NCBI GenBank assembly: GCA_965261085.1
Contig: OZ253442.1
Span: 2,112,001-2,176,000 of the forward strand
DNA: 64,000 bases
Direction: 5' to 3'
Source: a bacterium
GTDB lineage: Bacteria; UBA8248
Below the pieces are notes generated by a model that did no database searches, was not told the DNA's origin, and was given only the letters and a program-made list of their open reading frames with translations. Every line of letters starts with the position of its first letter. The stretch's first letter is position 1. Both the position numbers and the translations under genes were made by a program. Of the stretch, positions 9,058-24,124 are shown piece by piece.

Positions 9058-12000
9058 ATGAATGAATCCTTGTTATCGCTTCAGAATCTCGATGGGGCCA
9101 AGCGGGTTCACTTGCGTGGCGCGAACGATGCGTCGACCGCCTGGTGGTTGGTCCGAATTGCGCGTGAACACCCTGGACCCGTTATTATCGTCGAGAGCGA
9201 ACAGCGTCGCCTCGAAGTGGTCAAAGCGAACATGAAGCTGTTCATCGGCGCTTCGGGGAAGCGGGATTTGCCGATCCTGGGGTTTCCGGCATGGGATGTG
9301 TATCCCTTCTCCCGTTTGTCTCCATCCAATGAAATCGTCGGCGAAAGGATGTCCGCGCTGCGATTTTTGCGCAGCGGGGAACAAGGCGTCGTGCTGACGA
9401 GCGTATCCGCCATGGGGACGAGAGTACCCCCGCCCGAACGACTGAACGACGCCATGATTCACTTGCGCGAAGGTATGGCGATTGAGCGTGATCCGTTCAT
9501 CGGTTCGCTCGAATCGTTGATGTACGAGAGGAGGTCGTTGGTCGAATCCCCCGGAGAATATGCCGTAAGAGGAGGCATTCTGGATTTTTTCTCTCCCCAG
9601 AACGCATATCCGACGCGCCTGGAATTTCGAGGAGATGAACTCGATTCCTTGCGAAACTTCCATCCCCAGACGCAGCGGAATCTGGACACGCTTCAAGGCG
9701 TGGACGTTTTTCCATCGAAAGAGATTGTTTTCTCGCCGGAAGAACTGGAGAGGGGCCGCCTCGCCCTTTCGGAAGTCACCGCGCCGGAAACGAGTGAACG
9801 AGTAGAGCGCCTTCTCGAATACCTGGATACAGACGGACATTTTTCGGGTATGGAGGGTCTCGCGCCCATATTCTTGTCCGACATGACGACCTTGTTCGAC
9901 GTTGCGCCCGGAAGCGCGCTCTGGATTTTGAACGAAGCGGAAGACATCGACGAAGCGATGGATAAGCTGTGGAGCGAAGTGAACGAGGAGGCGCGTCTTG
10001 CGCCCGAGAGGGGCCTCGTCTCATTCGCGCCTGAGCGTTTGTGGCTCGCCCCTGAGGAGATTCGCGAGGAGTTGTCCATCTGGCCGCGTCTCAAGTTCGA
10101 CTCACTCGGGCTGGACGTCCCGAATTCCGAGGAGGGCTTCGAGGCGGGCGAGGCCTTGCGCGCGGAAAACATCAACCCCTTCAGAGGCAGGGTGGAGGCG
10201 TTCGTCGACCAGCTGCGTTCATGGCGCAGGGAGGATGAAAGCGTCGTCATCGTGGCGGAGGAGAAGACCCTCGCGCTGAGGATACAGGCATTGTTGCGCG
10301 AGTATGAGGTGGGCGTGGAAATTTTGCCCGGAGGCGCTTCGTTCATGGAGGAGCGTCACGAAGTCGCTCTGGCGGAGGGGAAACTCGGCGCCAGCTTCAG
10401 GCTTCCTGAAGAGAGGAGGGTGTTCTTTCGCGCCCAGGACTTGCTGGTCGGCGCTTTGGGCCGGGATTCGCGCCGCCGCCCCCAATCGAAGCCTGGCGAG
10501 GGCTTCAAGGATTTGATTGAGAACGACCTCGTAGTGCACGTGGAGCACGGCGTTAGCCGCTATATGGGCACGCGCGTCATCGAGCATCGAGACGGGGAAA
10601 ACGAATTTCTCGCCCTTCAGTATGCGGGGGGTGACAAACTCTACGTTCCGATGGACGACGTCGAGCGCATCCACAAATACCGTGGAGCCGGGGCCGAGCC
10701 GCCCCTGGACAAATTGGGCGGGAACCGGTGGAGCAAGACGAAGAACAACATCAAGAAATCGCTCCGGGGAATCGCTCGCGATCTGGTGCGACTGTATTCG
10801 GAGCGAAGCGCCGCCGAGGGGCACGCCTTTTCTGCGGAAGGCGCATTCGATCATGAAATATCCGCTGGCTTCGGGTTTGAGGAAACGCCGGATCAGGAAC
10901 AGGCCATTCGCGACGTGCTGGCGGATATGGAGCGCGCCCGTCCGATGGATCGCCTCATCTGCGGGGACGTCGGCTACGGAAAGACGGAGGTGGCGCTCAG
11001 AGCCGCCGCCCGGGCGATTTCGGCGGGCAAGCAGGTCGCCGTCATCGTGCCGACGACGCTGCTGGCGCATCAGCATTGGGACACCTTTCGCAAGCGATTC
11101 GAATCGCTGCCTGTTCACGTGGAGATGCTCTCGCGCTTCAGAAGCAAAAAACAGCAGGGCGAAGTGGTGGAAGGGCTCTCCGCCGGGCGTGTGGACATCG
11201 TCATCGGCACCCATCGGTTGTTGCAAAAAGACGTGTCGTTTCGCGATTTGGGACTTCTTGTCATCGACGAAGAACATCGCTTCGGCGTTTCCCACAAGGA
11301 GAAGGTCAAGAAACTTCGTGTCGACGTGGACGTTCTGACGCTCACGGCCACGCCCATTCCCAGAACCTTGCAGATGGCGCTCTCGGGCACGCGCGATTTG
11401 AGCGTCATCGAAACGCCCCCGCGTCACCGGGTCGCGCCGCGGACGTATATATCCCGCTTCAGCGAAAAACTCATCAAAGACGCCATCACCAAGGAAATCG
11501 ACCGTGGGGGGCAGGTGTTTTTCGTGCACAACCGGGTGAAAAGCCTCCCCGCCATGCGGCGGCTTCTCACGAAACTCGCGCCGGACGCGCGAATTCTCGT
11601 GGGCCACGGCCAGATGAAAGAAAGGGATCTCGAAGAGGTGATGGAGCAGTTCGTGACCCGCCGGGCCGACGTGCTGCTCTGCACCACGATCATCGAAAGC
11701 GGTCTCGACATCCCCTCGGTGAACACGATCGTGATTAACCGGGCGGATATGTTCGGCATGGCGCAGCTCTACCAGTTGCGCGGCCGGGTGGGACGCGACA
11801 GGTTCCAGGCGCACGCCTACCTTCTGGTCTCGGGCGCAGGTTCCCTGACGAAGCCGGCCAGAGAGCGGCTCCAGGCGCTCGAGGAGTTGAGCGAACTGGG
11901 GGGCGGCTTCAAGCTGGCCATGCGCGACCTGGAAATTCGCGGCGCCGGACATTTGCTCGGACATCGCCAATCGGGACAAATTTCGGCCGTGGGGTTCGAC

Positions 12001-12519
12001 ATGTATTGCCGCCTTTTGGAAGAAGTCGTGCAGGAGGCCAAGGGCGAGACGGTCGATCGGCGTGAACCCGAGATCGTCGCGCCGGTGGCTGGCACGCTGC
12101 CCCCTTCGTGGATTCCGGCCCAGGCCGAGCGACTGGATGTATATCGCCGGATTGCATCGGCGCGGGCGCCGGCCGAATTGAGGGAGTTGGGCGTAGAACT
12201 CAAGGATAAATACGGAGAAATGCCGACGCGCGCCCTCCACCTTCTGGAACTGGGGGAAATCCGGTTGCGCGCCCGCCTTTGCGGAATCAAGGCTCTCCAA
12301 ATTCGCGGCAAGGAGGCGCATCTGGAGATTTTCCCGGGAGACTACGAATTGACGGCCGCATTTCTCGATATGCCGGGGATGGTGTTCACCGACACCCATG
12401 CTTTTCGCGCAAGCATCAGCGGGCGCTGGCCGGAGGATTTTGACTTTCTCGTTCAAGTGCTGGATGCTTTGGAAGTGTGCAAAGTCTCCGAAGGCGAGTT
12501 GGCGGCGGAAGAAGCATGA
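9058..12519 (+). CDS. mfd: Transcription-repair coupling factor
   Basis: GEYAVRGGILDFF, VVHVEHG, ETPDQ, DRLICGDVGYGKTEVA, DEEHRFGV, TATPIPRTL, QLYQLRGRVGR, RDLEIRGAG. Confidence 0.98.
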   Translation: MNESLLSLQNLDGAKRVHLRGANDASTAWWLVRIAREHPGPVIIVESEQRRLEVVKANMKLFIGASGKRDLPILGFPAWDVYPFSRLSPSNEIVGERMSALRFLRSGEQGVVLTSVSAMGTRVPPPERLNDAMIHLREGMAIERDPFIGSLESLMYERRSLVESPGEYAVRGGILDFFSPQNAYPTRLEFRGDELDSLRNFHPQTQRNLDTLQGVDVFPSKEIVFSPEELERGRLALSEVTAPETSERVERLLEYLDTDGHFSGMEGLAPIFLSDMTTLFDVAPGSALWILNEAEDIDEAMDKLWSEVNEEARLAPERGLVSFAPERLWLAPEEIREELSIWPRLKFDSLGLDVPNSEEGFEAGEALRAENINPFRGRVEAFVDQLRSWRREDESVVIVAEEKTLALRIQALLREYEVGVEILPGGASFMEERHEVALAEGKLGASFRLPEERRVFFRAQDLLVGALGRDSRRRPQSKPGEGFKDLIENDLVVHVEHGVSRYMGTRVIEHRDGENEFLALQYAGGDKLYVPMDDVERIHKYRGAGAEPPLDKLGGNRWSKTKNNIKKSLRGIARDLVRLYSERSAAEGHAFSAEGAFDHEISAGFGFEETPDQEQAIRDVLADMERARPMDRLICGDVGYGKTEVALRAAARAISAGKQVAVIVPTTLLAHQHWDTFRKRFESLPVHVEMLSRFRSKKQQGEVVEGLSAGRVDIVIGTHRLLQKDVSFRDLGLLVIDEEHRFGVSHKEKVKKLRVDVDVLTLTATPIPRTLQMALSGTRDLSVIETPPRHRVAPRTYISRFSEKLIKDAITKEIDRGGQVFFVHNRVKSLPAMRRLLTKLAPDARILVGHGQMKERDLEEVMEQFVTRRADVLLCTTIIESGLDIPSVNTIVINRADMFGMAQLYQLRGRVGRDRFQAHAYLLVSGAGSLTKPARERLQALEELSELGGGFKLAMRDLEIRGAGHLLGHRQSGQISAVGFDMYCRLLEEVVQEAKGETVDRREPEIVAPVAGTLPPSWIPAQAERLDVYRRIASARAPAELRELGVELKDKYGEMPTRALHLLELGEIRLRARLCGIKALQIRGKEAHLEIFPGDYELTAAFLDMPGMVFTDTHAFRASISGRWPEDFDFLVQVLDALEVCKVSEGELAAEEA

Positions 12520-12529
12520 GGTTTTCATC

Positions 12530-13516
12530 ATGGAAATCGGGAGGAGCGCGCGGCGTCTGATTCGAGGCCGCCGAACCCGGTGGGCGTGGGTTTGTTCGAT
12601 GGCGCTGCTCATCGCCGCGGGTTGTGATTCTTCGCTTCAGACGAGAAGCGAGAAAAAAAAAGGTACCCTGCTGGTGCAGGTGAACGGCGAGCCGATTACC
12701 CGGCAAGATGTGCGCGCGTATTACATGGCGCGCGGGGATGAGGAGGTTTCGGGCAAGGCCGAAAAAGCCATCCCCAGGGTCTTGCTGGATCAATTCGTGG
12801 AAAGACGGCTCCTGCTTCAGCGCTTCCGGGAGACGGGAGAATATGTGAGTGAGGGGAGGGTGAGGCGTTTCGTCGAATTCGTTCGCCGCCAATACGGCGG
12901 ACAGGATTTTAATGCCGTCATGAAAGAGCAGGGGATCGACGAGGAGTCATGGCTCAAAACGATGCGCGAGACGCTCGAGATTGAATACCTGCTGGATAGG
13001 GAAGTGTATTCAAAGTTGAAGGTCTCAGATTCCGAGATAGAAGATTACTATAACCGCAACAAGGAGAAATTCCGGGTCGGAAAACGTTGGCGGGTTCGCC
13101 AAATCATCGTCTCTTCGGCTAAAATGGCTTCTCATCTGAGAAAGCGTGTTCTCGAGGGGAAATCGTTCGCGTCTCTTGCGCAGAAACATTCCATCGGCCC
13201 CGAGCGCGACGAGGGCGGCGATTTGGGTTATTTCCAACAAGGGGAGTTGCCCGAAAACATCGAGAACGTGGTGGAATCACTGATGTTGGGCGAGGTGAGC
13301 CGGGTTGTCAGGAGTCCGGCGGGCTTCCACCTCCTGGAGGTCTCGGAGAGAAGATTGCCGATCCAGAAAACGTTGGCCTCCGCGAGGGATAGCATCAGAA
13401 AACGGTTGCTGGCGGATAAGGGTAGAGCGAGACTCGAAGGGTGGCTCGGAGAACTCAAGCGAAATGCGAAAATCAAATACTATTGGGAAAATCTTGAAAA
13501 TGTCGTATCGGGCTAG
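12530..13516 (+). CDS. Parvulin-type peptidyl-prolyl isomerase (PrsA/SurA-like), probable lipoprotein
   Basis: LIAAGC lipobox, VNGEPIT, FASLAQKHS..EGGDLGYF..GEVSRVVRSPAGFHLL. Confidence 0.88.
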   Translation: MEIGRSARRLIRGRRTRWAWVCSMALLIAAGCDSSLQTRSEKKKGTLLVQVNGEPITRQDVRAYYMARGDEEVSGKAEKAIPRVLLDQFVERRLLLQRFRETGEYVSEGRVRRFVEFVRRQYGGQDFNAVMKEQGIDEESWLKTMRETLEIEYLLDREVYSKLKVSDSEIEDYYNRNKEKFRVGKRWRVRQIIVSSAKMASHLRKRVLEGKSFASLAQKHSIGPERDEGGDLGYFQQGELPENIENVVESLMLGEVSRVVRSPAGFHLLEVSERRLPIQKTLASARDSIRKRLLADKGRARLEGWLGELKRNAKIKYYWENLENVVSG

Positions 13517-14990
13517 GCGTTTCTGTGTTTTGGCGATTGCGTTATGCGTCCTGGTGGGCGCGCCCGTCCCGGCGATGTCCGCCGCCGTGACGATCGAGAG
13601 AATCATTGCGAAGATTGACGATGACATCATCATGCTCTCCGAGCTTCAGGATTTCGTGAAACCGAGCGTCGATAAGTTGAGGAGGAATTTCAGGGGAGAA
13701 CAACTGAATCGGCGAATTCGCGAACTCGAACTCGAGGCGCTCGATGCCATGGTCCAGAGAAAACTCATATCGAAGCGCTCCTCTGCTCTCGGGTTGAACG
13801 TCAGCGAAAAAGAAATTGAAAACGCAATCGCGGGCATACTTCGCCAGAACAAAACGACGACGGCCGGATTGCGCGATTTTTTGTCGGCGCAGGGAATGAG
13901 TATGGAGAAATATCGTGAGGAGCTTCGCGAGAAGCTGCTGGCGCGAAAAGTGGAGAACATGGAAGTCGGCGTGCGCGTCTCGGTGGTGGAGCAGGAAATT
14001 GCGGATTATTACGACGCGCATTCCGATGATTATCGCGAGGCCGAGCGCCGGGTGGTGCGGCAGATCTTCTTTCCCGTGAGCAAGGGCGCTTCCGCTGCGG
14101 AAATCGAAGCGCAGCGCAAAAAAGCGGACCTCGCATACGAAGAGGCCGCCAAGCCCGGTGCGGATTTCCCCAAGCTGGCCGAGAAGTATTCCGAAGGTCC
14201 CGCCAAAAGCCGGGGCGGTTCGTTGGGTTCCATGAAGAAAGGCGAGGTTTTTCCCGAACTCGAACAACTCATTTTTTCGACGGCGAAGGGCGAGACGAGC
14301 AAGCCGACGAGAACGAGGGTGGGCTTTCACATCGTCCACGTCGATGAGGTGAAGCCGGGGAAAGTGATTACCCTCGACAGGGTGGCCGGCAAAATCCGCA
14401 ACAAACTCTTCAATGAAAAATTCACCAAGAGACGCCGCGAATGGATAACGGATCTCAAAAGAGCCGCTTTTCTGGAAATCAACTATGACCCCGTCGCTTC
14501 GCCGGGCGGTTTGTCTTCCGTGTTCAAGAATGTTCGCGAACAGATTACCTTCAGGCTGGTCGGCATCAAGCTCAAACAAGGCGGAGGGTTGTTCGGGCAG
14601 GACAGGGTTTTGTGGGCCTATGGTTCGAAGAGGGAGAAGCCTCGCTGGAAATCGGACAAGGTGAAAGTGGGCGAGGGGGCCAGTGTGGGGAAAGACGCCA
14701 TCGGAGCCCTGGAGGCGGGGCACCGGTTGTTCGTGAATCCCGACCCATCGGCGAACTTCTATTTATTCCGCTACGTGTATCTGCTGCCCGACTCGTATGT
14801 CGGCAAAATCAGCTTTGCGGATATGATCAAGGCGTTCTCGGACCAGTCGAAGGACGAGAGCAAAGAGCAAAAAGCCAAAGCGAAGATAATGGCCTTCGAC
14901 ACGGAGAACAAGGCCGCGCGGCTCGAATTCGAGGTGGAGGTTCAAAGGACGCGCAGCATCGTGGCGGATCCCAAAGAAATCACCCAATGA
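13500..14990 (+). CDS. SurA-like chaperone/PPIase with an extra C-terminal domain
   Basis: Signal peptide, ERIIAKIDDDIIMLSEL, FPKLAEKYSEG..GGSLG..TRVGFHIV, plus about 165 extra C-terminal residues. Confidence 0.85.
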   Translation: MSYRARRFCVLAIALCVLVGAPVPAMSAAVTIERIIAKIDDDIIMLSELQDFVKPSVDKLRRNFRGEQLNRRIRELELEALDAMVQRKLISKRSSALGLNVSEKEIENAIAGILRQNKTTTAGLRDFLSAQGMSMEKYREELREKLLARKVENMEVGVRVSVVEQEIADYYDAHSDDYREAERRVVRQIFFPVSKGASAAEIEAQRKKADLAYEEAAKPGADFPKLAEKYSEGPAKSRGGSLGSMKKGEVFPELEQLIFSTAKGETSKPTRTRVGFHIVHVDEVKPGKVITLDRVAGKIRNKLFNEKFTKRRREWITDLKRAAFLEINYDPVASPGGLSSVFKNVREQITFRLVGIKLKQGGGLFGQDRVLWAYGSKREKPRWKSDKVKVGEGASVGKDAIGALEAGHRLFVNPDPSANFYLFRYVYLLPDSYVGKISFADMIKAFSDQSKDESKEQKAKAKIMAFDTENKAARLEFEVEVQRTRSIVADPKEITQ

Positions 14991-14999
14991 CGATGCAGA

Positions 15000-15314
15000 A
15001 TGCGCCTCGACCAGTTTTTGCGCTATAGCCGCCTAGTCAAGCGCCGTCCCCTCGCCAAGAGCCTGGCGGACGGGGGCGCCGTGGATATCGAGGGGAAAAC
15101 GGCCAAAGCCTCCGCTCAGGTGGAAATCGGAGACGTGCTGAGGCTGAGGCTCGAGAACAAGACCCTGCGCATCCGCGTACTGGGGGAGGCGAAACGCAAT
15201 TTGTCGAAAAAAGACGCCTCCGCCCTGTTCGAGGTTCTTGAGGAATCCGCTTACGCCCTCGATGAGAAAGAGAGTCTCTCGGGCGCGCCGATGGATTTTT
15301 TGAAGCGCCCCTGA
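15000..15314 (+). CDS. S4 RNA-binding domain protein (Hsp15/YabO-RqcP-like)
   Basis: MRLDQFL..SRLVKRRPLAK..G.V..EGK.AKAS..V.IGDVL. Confidence 0.9.
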   Translation: MRLDQFLRYSRLVKRRPLAKSLADGGAVDIEGKTAKASAQVEIGDVLRLRLENKTLRIRVLGEAKRNLSKKDASALFEVLEESAYALDEKESLSGAPMDFLKRP

Positions 15315-15409
15315 TTTCCCTCTTGCTCTTTCCCGGAAAGACTGTTAGTTTTGAGGAAATGGCCCGGCTGGATGCTGCGCCGGGTGGAAATGACATGGTG
15401 ACATAGAAA

Positions 15410-15449
15410 TTCCCCTTTAATGTCGTCCCGTGAGGCGGCGAAGGAGGAA
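15410..15449 (+). promoter_or_regulatory. PyrR-binding RNA stem-loop (pyr attenuator)
   Basis: TTCCCCTTTAATGTCGTCCCGTGAGGCGGCGAAGGAGGAA matches the PyrR loop pattern CUUUAA..GUCCNGNGAGGC..GAAGG and lies directly upstream of pyrR. Confidence 0.85.
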
Positions 15450-15484
15450 ACCCGGATGCTTGCCATCTTCTCGTCTGTTCTCCG

Positions 15485-15517
15485 AACTCCATGCCCTTTG
15501 GGCATGGAGTTTTTTTT
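15485..15517 (+). terminator. Intrinsic terminator of the pyr attenuator
   Basis: AACTCCATGCCC-TTT-GGGCATGGAGTT followed by a T run. Confidence 0.9.
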
Positions 15518-15565
15518 GTTCTTTTTTAATACCGGGCCGCCCGAACATCGGATTTTGCCTTGACG

Positions 15566-16090
15566 ATGAAACAACTCGATGCCGAGCAGTTAAGGCGCAC
15601 CTTGAGGCGTCTCTCGCATGAAATACTGGAGCGCACGGCGGATCTGTCGGAACTGGTGTTCATCGGTATTCGCACGAGGGGCGTGCCGCTCGCGGAAAGA
15701 CTGGCCGGGGAGCTTCAGTCGCTGGTGGGCGTACGTCCGCTGGTGGGCGCGCTCGACGTGACGCTCTACCGCGACGATTTGAATCAGGGAGGCGGGGTGA
15801 GAACCGGTCTCAAGAAAACGGATCTCCCCTTCTCGTGCGAGGGCAAGGACGTCGTTTTGGTCGACGACGTGCTCTACACGGGCCGGACGGCGCGCGCCGC
15901 TCTGGCCGCGCTCGTCAACTTCGGCCGGCCCCGTAGGGTGCGGCTCGCCATTCTGGTGGACAGGGGAGGGCGGGAACTGCCCATTCGCGCCGATTTCGTG
16001 GGGAAAAACATCGAAGCGATCCATCCCGAGGAGGTGCGGGTGCATCTGGAGGAAACCGACGGCCAGGATGCCGTTTTCAAACGATCATAG
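15566..16090 (+). CDS. pyrR: Pyrimidine operon attenuation protein / uracil phosphoribosyltransferase
   Basis: [58 protein letters not shown]. Confidence 0.96.
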   Translation: MKQLDAEQLRRTLRRLSHEILERTADLSELVFIGIRTRGVPLAERLAGELQSLVGVRPLVGALDVTLYRDDLNQGGGVRTGLKKTDLPFSCEGKDVVLVDDVLYTGRTARAALAALVNFGRPRRVRLAILVDRGGRELPIRADFVGKNIEAIHPEEVRVHLEETDGQDAVFKRS

Positions 16091-16121
16091 AAGCCGGGGC
16101 GTTACCAGGGGGGGGAATGAT

Positions 16122-17136
<1,015 letters not shown>

Positions 17137-17153
<17 letters not shown>

Positions 17154-18459
17154 GGGAGGACGCCTCATCGACCCCTCAGGCGGCGTCGATGAGAAGTGCG
17201 ACATCCTGATTGAAGAGGGAAAAATCACGCACAGAAAAAAGAACATATTGCCGCGCGGCGGGGATGAAATAATCGACGCCGAAGGACTCGTCGTGGCTCC
17301 CGGGTTCATCGACATGCACGTCCATTTCAGGGAACCGGGGCAGGAATACAAGGAAGACATCGAGAGCGGCACCCGCGCCGCCGCCGCGGGCGGCTTCACC
17401 GGCGTGGCGTGCATGGCGAACACCGACCCGGTCAACGATACGAGTTCGATCACCGAGCGCATCCTGAAGCGCGCGCGCGAGGTGGGTTCGTGCCGCGTGT
17501 TTCCCATCGGCTCTGTTTCGGTGGGTTTGAAGGGTGAGGAACTGAGCGAGATGGCCGAGCAGAAAGAGGCGGGCGCCGTGGCCTTCAGCGACGACGGCGT
17601 ACCCGTCAAGACGGCCGCACTGATGCGCGCAGCCCTCGAATACGCCGGAATGCTGGGCGTGAGCGTGCTCGATCATGCAGAGGATATGACGCTCTCAGGC
17701 GGCAAGATGATGAACGAGGGAGCGATGTCCACCCTGCTCGGCCTGGCGGGCAACCCGGCGGCGAGCGAGGACATCTGCGTCTATCGGGATATCCGCCTCG
17801 CGGAACTGACGGGAGGCAGGCTCCACATTCTGCATATATCCTCCGCAGGCGCGGTGGACCTGGTTCGGTGGGCAAGGGCGCGCGGCGTTCGCGTGACGGC
17901 GGAGGTGACGCCGCACCATTTCTCCCTGACCGATGAGGTGATTCAGGACTTCGACTCATCCGCCAAGATGGCGCCTCCGCTCAGGGACGAGGCGAATAGA
18001 CAGGCGCTCCTGGAAGGCTTGAAGGACGGCACGATTTCCGCCATCGCCTCGGACCACGCGCCGCATTACGAGGCGGAAACCCAGCGGGAGTTCGACGCCG
18101 TGCCGTTCGGGGTCGTGGGCTTGGAGACGGCCGTGTCCCTCGCGCTGGACAGGCTGGTAGGCGGGGGCGTGCTCACGCTACCCGAGATGATCGCAAAATT
18201 CACGGCGGGGCCGTGCGAGGTGCTGGGCCTGCCCTACGGCACCCTGAAAGAAGGCGCTCCCGGGGACGTGACGATTTTAGACCCCGGGCGCGAGGTGGTC
18301 GTCGACCCCGACACTTTCGAGAGCAACGGGAGGAACACCCCCTTCGCCGGCTGGAAGCTCAAGGGTTGCGCCGTGGCCACGGTCGTTGCCGGAAACCTGC
18401 GGATGAGCAGGCTTGCGGGTGAAATGAAAATCTCCGCACAAGAGGCCCTCGTTTCATGA
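17137..18459 (+). CDS. pyrC: Dihydroorotase (type I)
   Basis: [48 protein letters not shown]; pyr operon context. Confidence 0.95.
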
Positions 18460-19547
18460 AAGGTCGAAAAATAAAACCGGCGCTCCTGGCCCTGGAAGAC
18501 GGCAGAGTCTTCCGGGGCGCAAGTTTCGGGGCGGATTCCGACGCAGAAGGGGAACTCGTCTTCAACACGGCGATGACGGGCTACCAGGAAGTGCTCACCG
18601 ATCCCTCCTACCGCGGCCAGATGGTGGTGATGACGTACCCCCACATCGGGAATTACGGCGTCATCCCGGGCGATGAGGAATCCCGCCGCGTCTGGGTCGA
18701 GGCATACATCGTGAAAGAAGTGTGCAGGCGCCACAGCAATTTCCGCGCGAACGAGGATTTGGACACCTATCTCAAAAAAGAGGGCATCCCCGGCATCGAG
18801 GGCGTCGATACCCGCGCGCTCACGCGCCACATCAGGGAAGCGGGCGCTCTACGGGCGATACTCTCCTCAAAGGATATGGACGAAAAAAACCTCATCACCC
18901 GCGCCAAGGCGAGTCCGGGCCTCAATGGGCGCGACATGGTGCGCGACGTGACTTGTGAGGCCGCGCACGCCTGGGGCGAGAGAAAAGGCCGCCCGCTTTG
19001 CGTGGCGTATGACCTGGGGGCCAAGAACAACATTTTTCGCGAACTTGGGCGAAGGTTCGATCTCGAAATCGTGCCGGCTTCAGAACCTGCGGAGAGCGTG
19101 CTGGCGAGAAAGCCCGCCGCCGTTTTCCTCTCAAACGGCCCCGGCGACCCGGCGGCGCTCGGCTACGTTGTCGAAAACGTAAAAAACATCATGGGCCGGG
19201 TTCCCGTCGTGGGAATCTGCCTGGGCCACCAGATTCTGGCGCAGGCTTTGGGCGGCAGAACCTATAAGCTCAAGTTCGGCCACCACGGGGCGAACCATCC
19301 CGTGCAGGATTTGAATACGAAAAAAGTGGACATCACCTCGCAGAACCACTCCTTCGCCGTCGACCCCGAGAGCCTGCCCGCAGGCGTGGCCGTCACGCAT
19401 TCCTCCCTGAACGACAGCACCTGTGAGGGTCTCAAGTCGGAATCTCCCAAAGTGTTCAGCGTGCAGTACCACCCCGAAGCCTGCCCCGGCCCGCACGACG
19501 CGGGCGCGCTGTTCGATGAGTTCTACAGCTTCTGCGTGGGGGAGTAG
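18456..19547 (+). CDS. carA: Carbamoyl-phosphate synthase small subunit
   Basis: GELVFNTAMTGYQEVLTDPSY, LSNGPGDP, GICLGHQ, SQNH, VQYHPEACPGP. Confidence 0.98.
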   Translation: MKGRKIKPALLALEDGRVFRGASFGADSDAEGELVFNTAMTGYQEVLTDPSYRGQMVVMTYPHIGNYGVIPGDEESRRVWVEAYIVKEVCRRHSNFRANEDLDTYLKKEGIPGIEGVDTRALTRHIREAGALRAILSSKDMDEKNLITRAKASPGLNGRDMVRDVTCEAAHAWGERKGRPLCVAYDLGAKNNIFRELGRRFDLEIVPASEPAESVLARKPAAVFLSNGPGDPAALGYVVENVKNIMGRVPVVGICLGHQILAQALGGRTYKLKFGHHGANHPVQDLNTKKVDITSQNHSFAVDPESLPAGVAVTHSSLNDSTCEGLKSESPKVFSVQYHPEACPGPHDAGALFDEFYSFCVGE

Positions 19548-19649
19548 GGAGCGCGCGCGACGGATTCAGGTAAGGACGATAAGAAATTGAATCAACGGAA
19601 ATTTGAAACTTCTCATGTATTTCCCTTTATAGAGCGAGTGGCCTGATAC

Positions 19650-22901
<3,252 letters not shown>

Positions 22902-22977
22902 CGATTTTCATCCTGCGGTTCAAGGTGTAGAGTAGCGTTTTTTGAGACTCTCGCCGCACCTCGTGAGGCCCGGGCGC

Positions 22978-23250
22978 ATGTTTCGATTTATTTTTTATCT
23001 GGTTTTATCCTGGCTGATATTCTATCTTGTACGCAGCCTTTTCAGCGGCTTCGGGAGAGCGGCGAAAAAAAATCGTGAGGGTGAAGACGTCGTGGACGAT
23101 GAAATGCTGAATTGTCCCGAATGCGAGACGTTCTTCCCGTCCCGCATGGGGATTACGAAACGCGCGGGCGGTGGGCGGCATTCGTTCTGCAGCGTCTCGT
23201 GCGCGGAGCAATTCGCCGAAAGAGGCGGCCCGCCCGGGTCGGAGGTTTAG
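22978..23250 (+). CDS. Small membrane-anchored metal-binding protein (TRASH/YHS, PP0621-like)
   Basis: N-terminal hydrophobic helix, then MLNCPECETFFP...HSFCSVSCAEQF. Confidence 0.7.
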   Translation: MFRFIFYLVLSWLIFYLVRSLFSGFGRAAKKNREGEDVVDDEMLNCPECETFFPSRMGITKRAGGGRHSFCSVSCAEQFAERGGPPGSEV

Positions 23251-23389
23251 AGCGCATCTTTTCGGTTTGTCGTATATAATTTGGTATCATGCGGTTCGAT
23301 GAAAAACGAAAGGACCCAGGCGAGCGCCTCGTGAAGACCCGAACGCCGGAGGCTTAAGTGCGGGCGATCGCCAAAACGGGAGATACGCG

Positions 23390-24124
23390 ATGGCGACGGA
23401 AGCAAGCGGCCCGAACGCGCGTGATGGAGACGGAGCCACGGCCTTGCACCATGCGGTGATGGGCAACGATGCCCTGGAAGCCGCAGGTGACCAGCTCGAG
23501 GCCGGGGCCGAGGTGGACGCGCGCGACAAGAACGGATGGACGCCGCTCCACTGGGCGGTGCGCTACATCCAAGACCCGGCTGTTTTGAGGATCTTGATTC
23601 GGGCCGGCGCCGATGTGGAAGCGCGCGACAGAAGGGGCGCGACGCCGCTTCACACGGCGGCGGCGTTCCGCGCGGAGCCTGCCGTTCTGGAGGCGCTCCT
23701 CGAAGCAGGCGCCGACCCCAACACGGAGGGCATATACGGATGGACGCCCCTTCATGCGTCGGCGGCCTTTGGTAGAATTGGCGCCAACGTGGGGATACTG
23801 GTGCGCGGCGGCGCACGGGTGGACACGCCGGACAGAAGAGGCCTGGCGCCCCTGCACTGGGCGGGGATGCGCAGCACGGCTCCCGCCGTCGTGAAGGCCC
23901 TCCTCGCGGCGGGCGCGAACCCCGACGCGCGCGACAAGCGTGTGCGAACCCCGCTTCACTACGCGGCGGCGAAAGACGAAGTCCTCATCGAAGTCCTCGA
24001 AGCCCTCCTCGACGCAGGCGCCGACCCCGCCGCAAAAGATTCCGAGGGCAAAACCCCCATCGAAGGCGTCAAGCCTGACTCTTCGTTTCTGGGAACGGAG
24101 GCGTACCGGAGGTTGGGGGGGTAG
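23390..24124 (+). CDS. Ankyrin-repeat protein (about 7 repeats)
   Basis: Repeated G-x-TPLH-x-A ... LL-x-AGAD-x-N/E-ARD units about 34 aa apart. Confidence 0.93.
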   Translation: MATEASGPNARDGDGATALHHAVMGNDALEAAGDQLEAGAEVDARDKNGWTPLHWAVRYIQDPAVLRILIRAGADVEARDRRGATPLHTAAAFRAEPAVLEALLEAGADPNTEGIYGWTPLHASAAFGRIGANVGILVRGGARVDTPDRRGLAPLHWAGMRSTAPAVVKALLAAGANPDARDKRVRTPLHYAAAKDEVLIEVLEALLDAGADPAAKDSEGKTPIEGVKPDSSFLGTEAYRRLGG

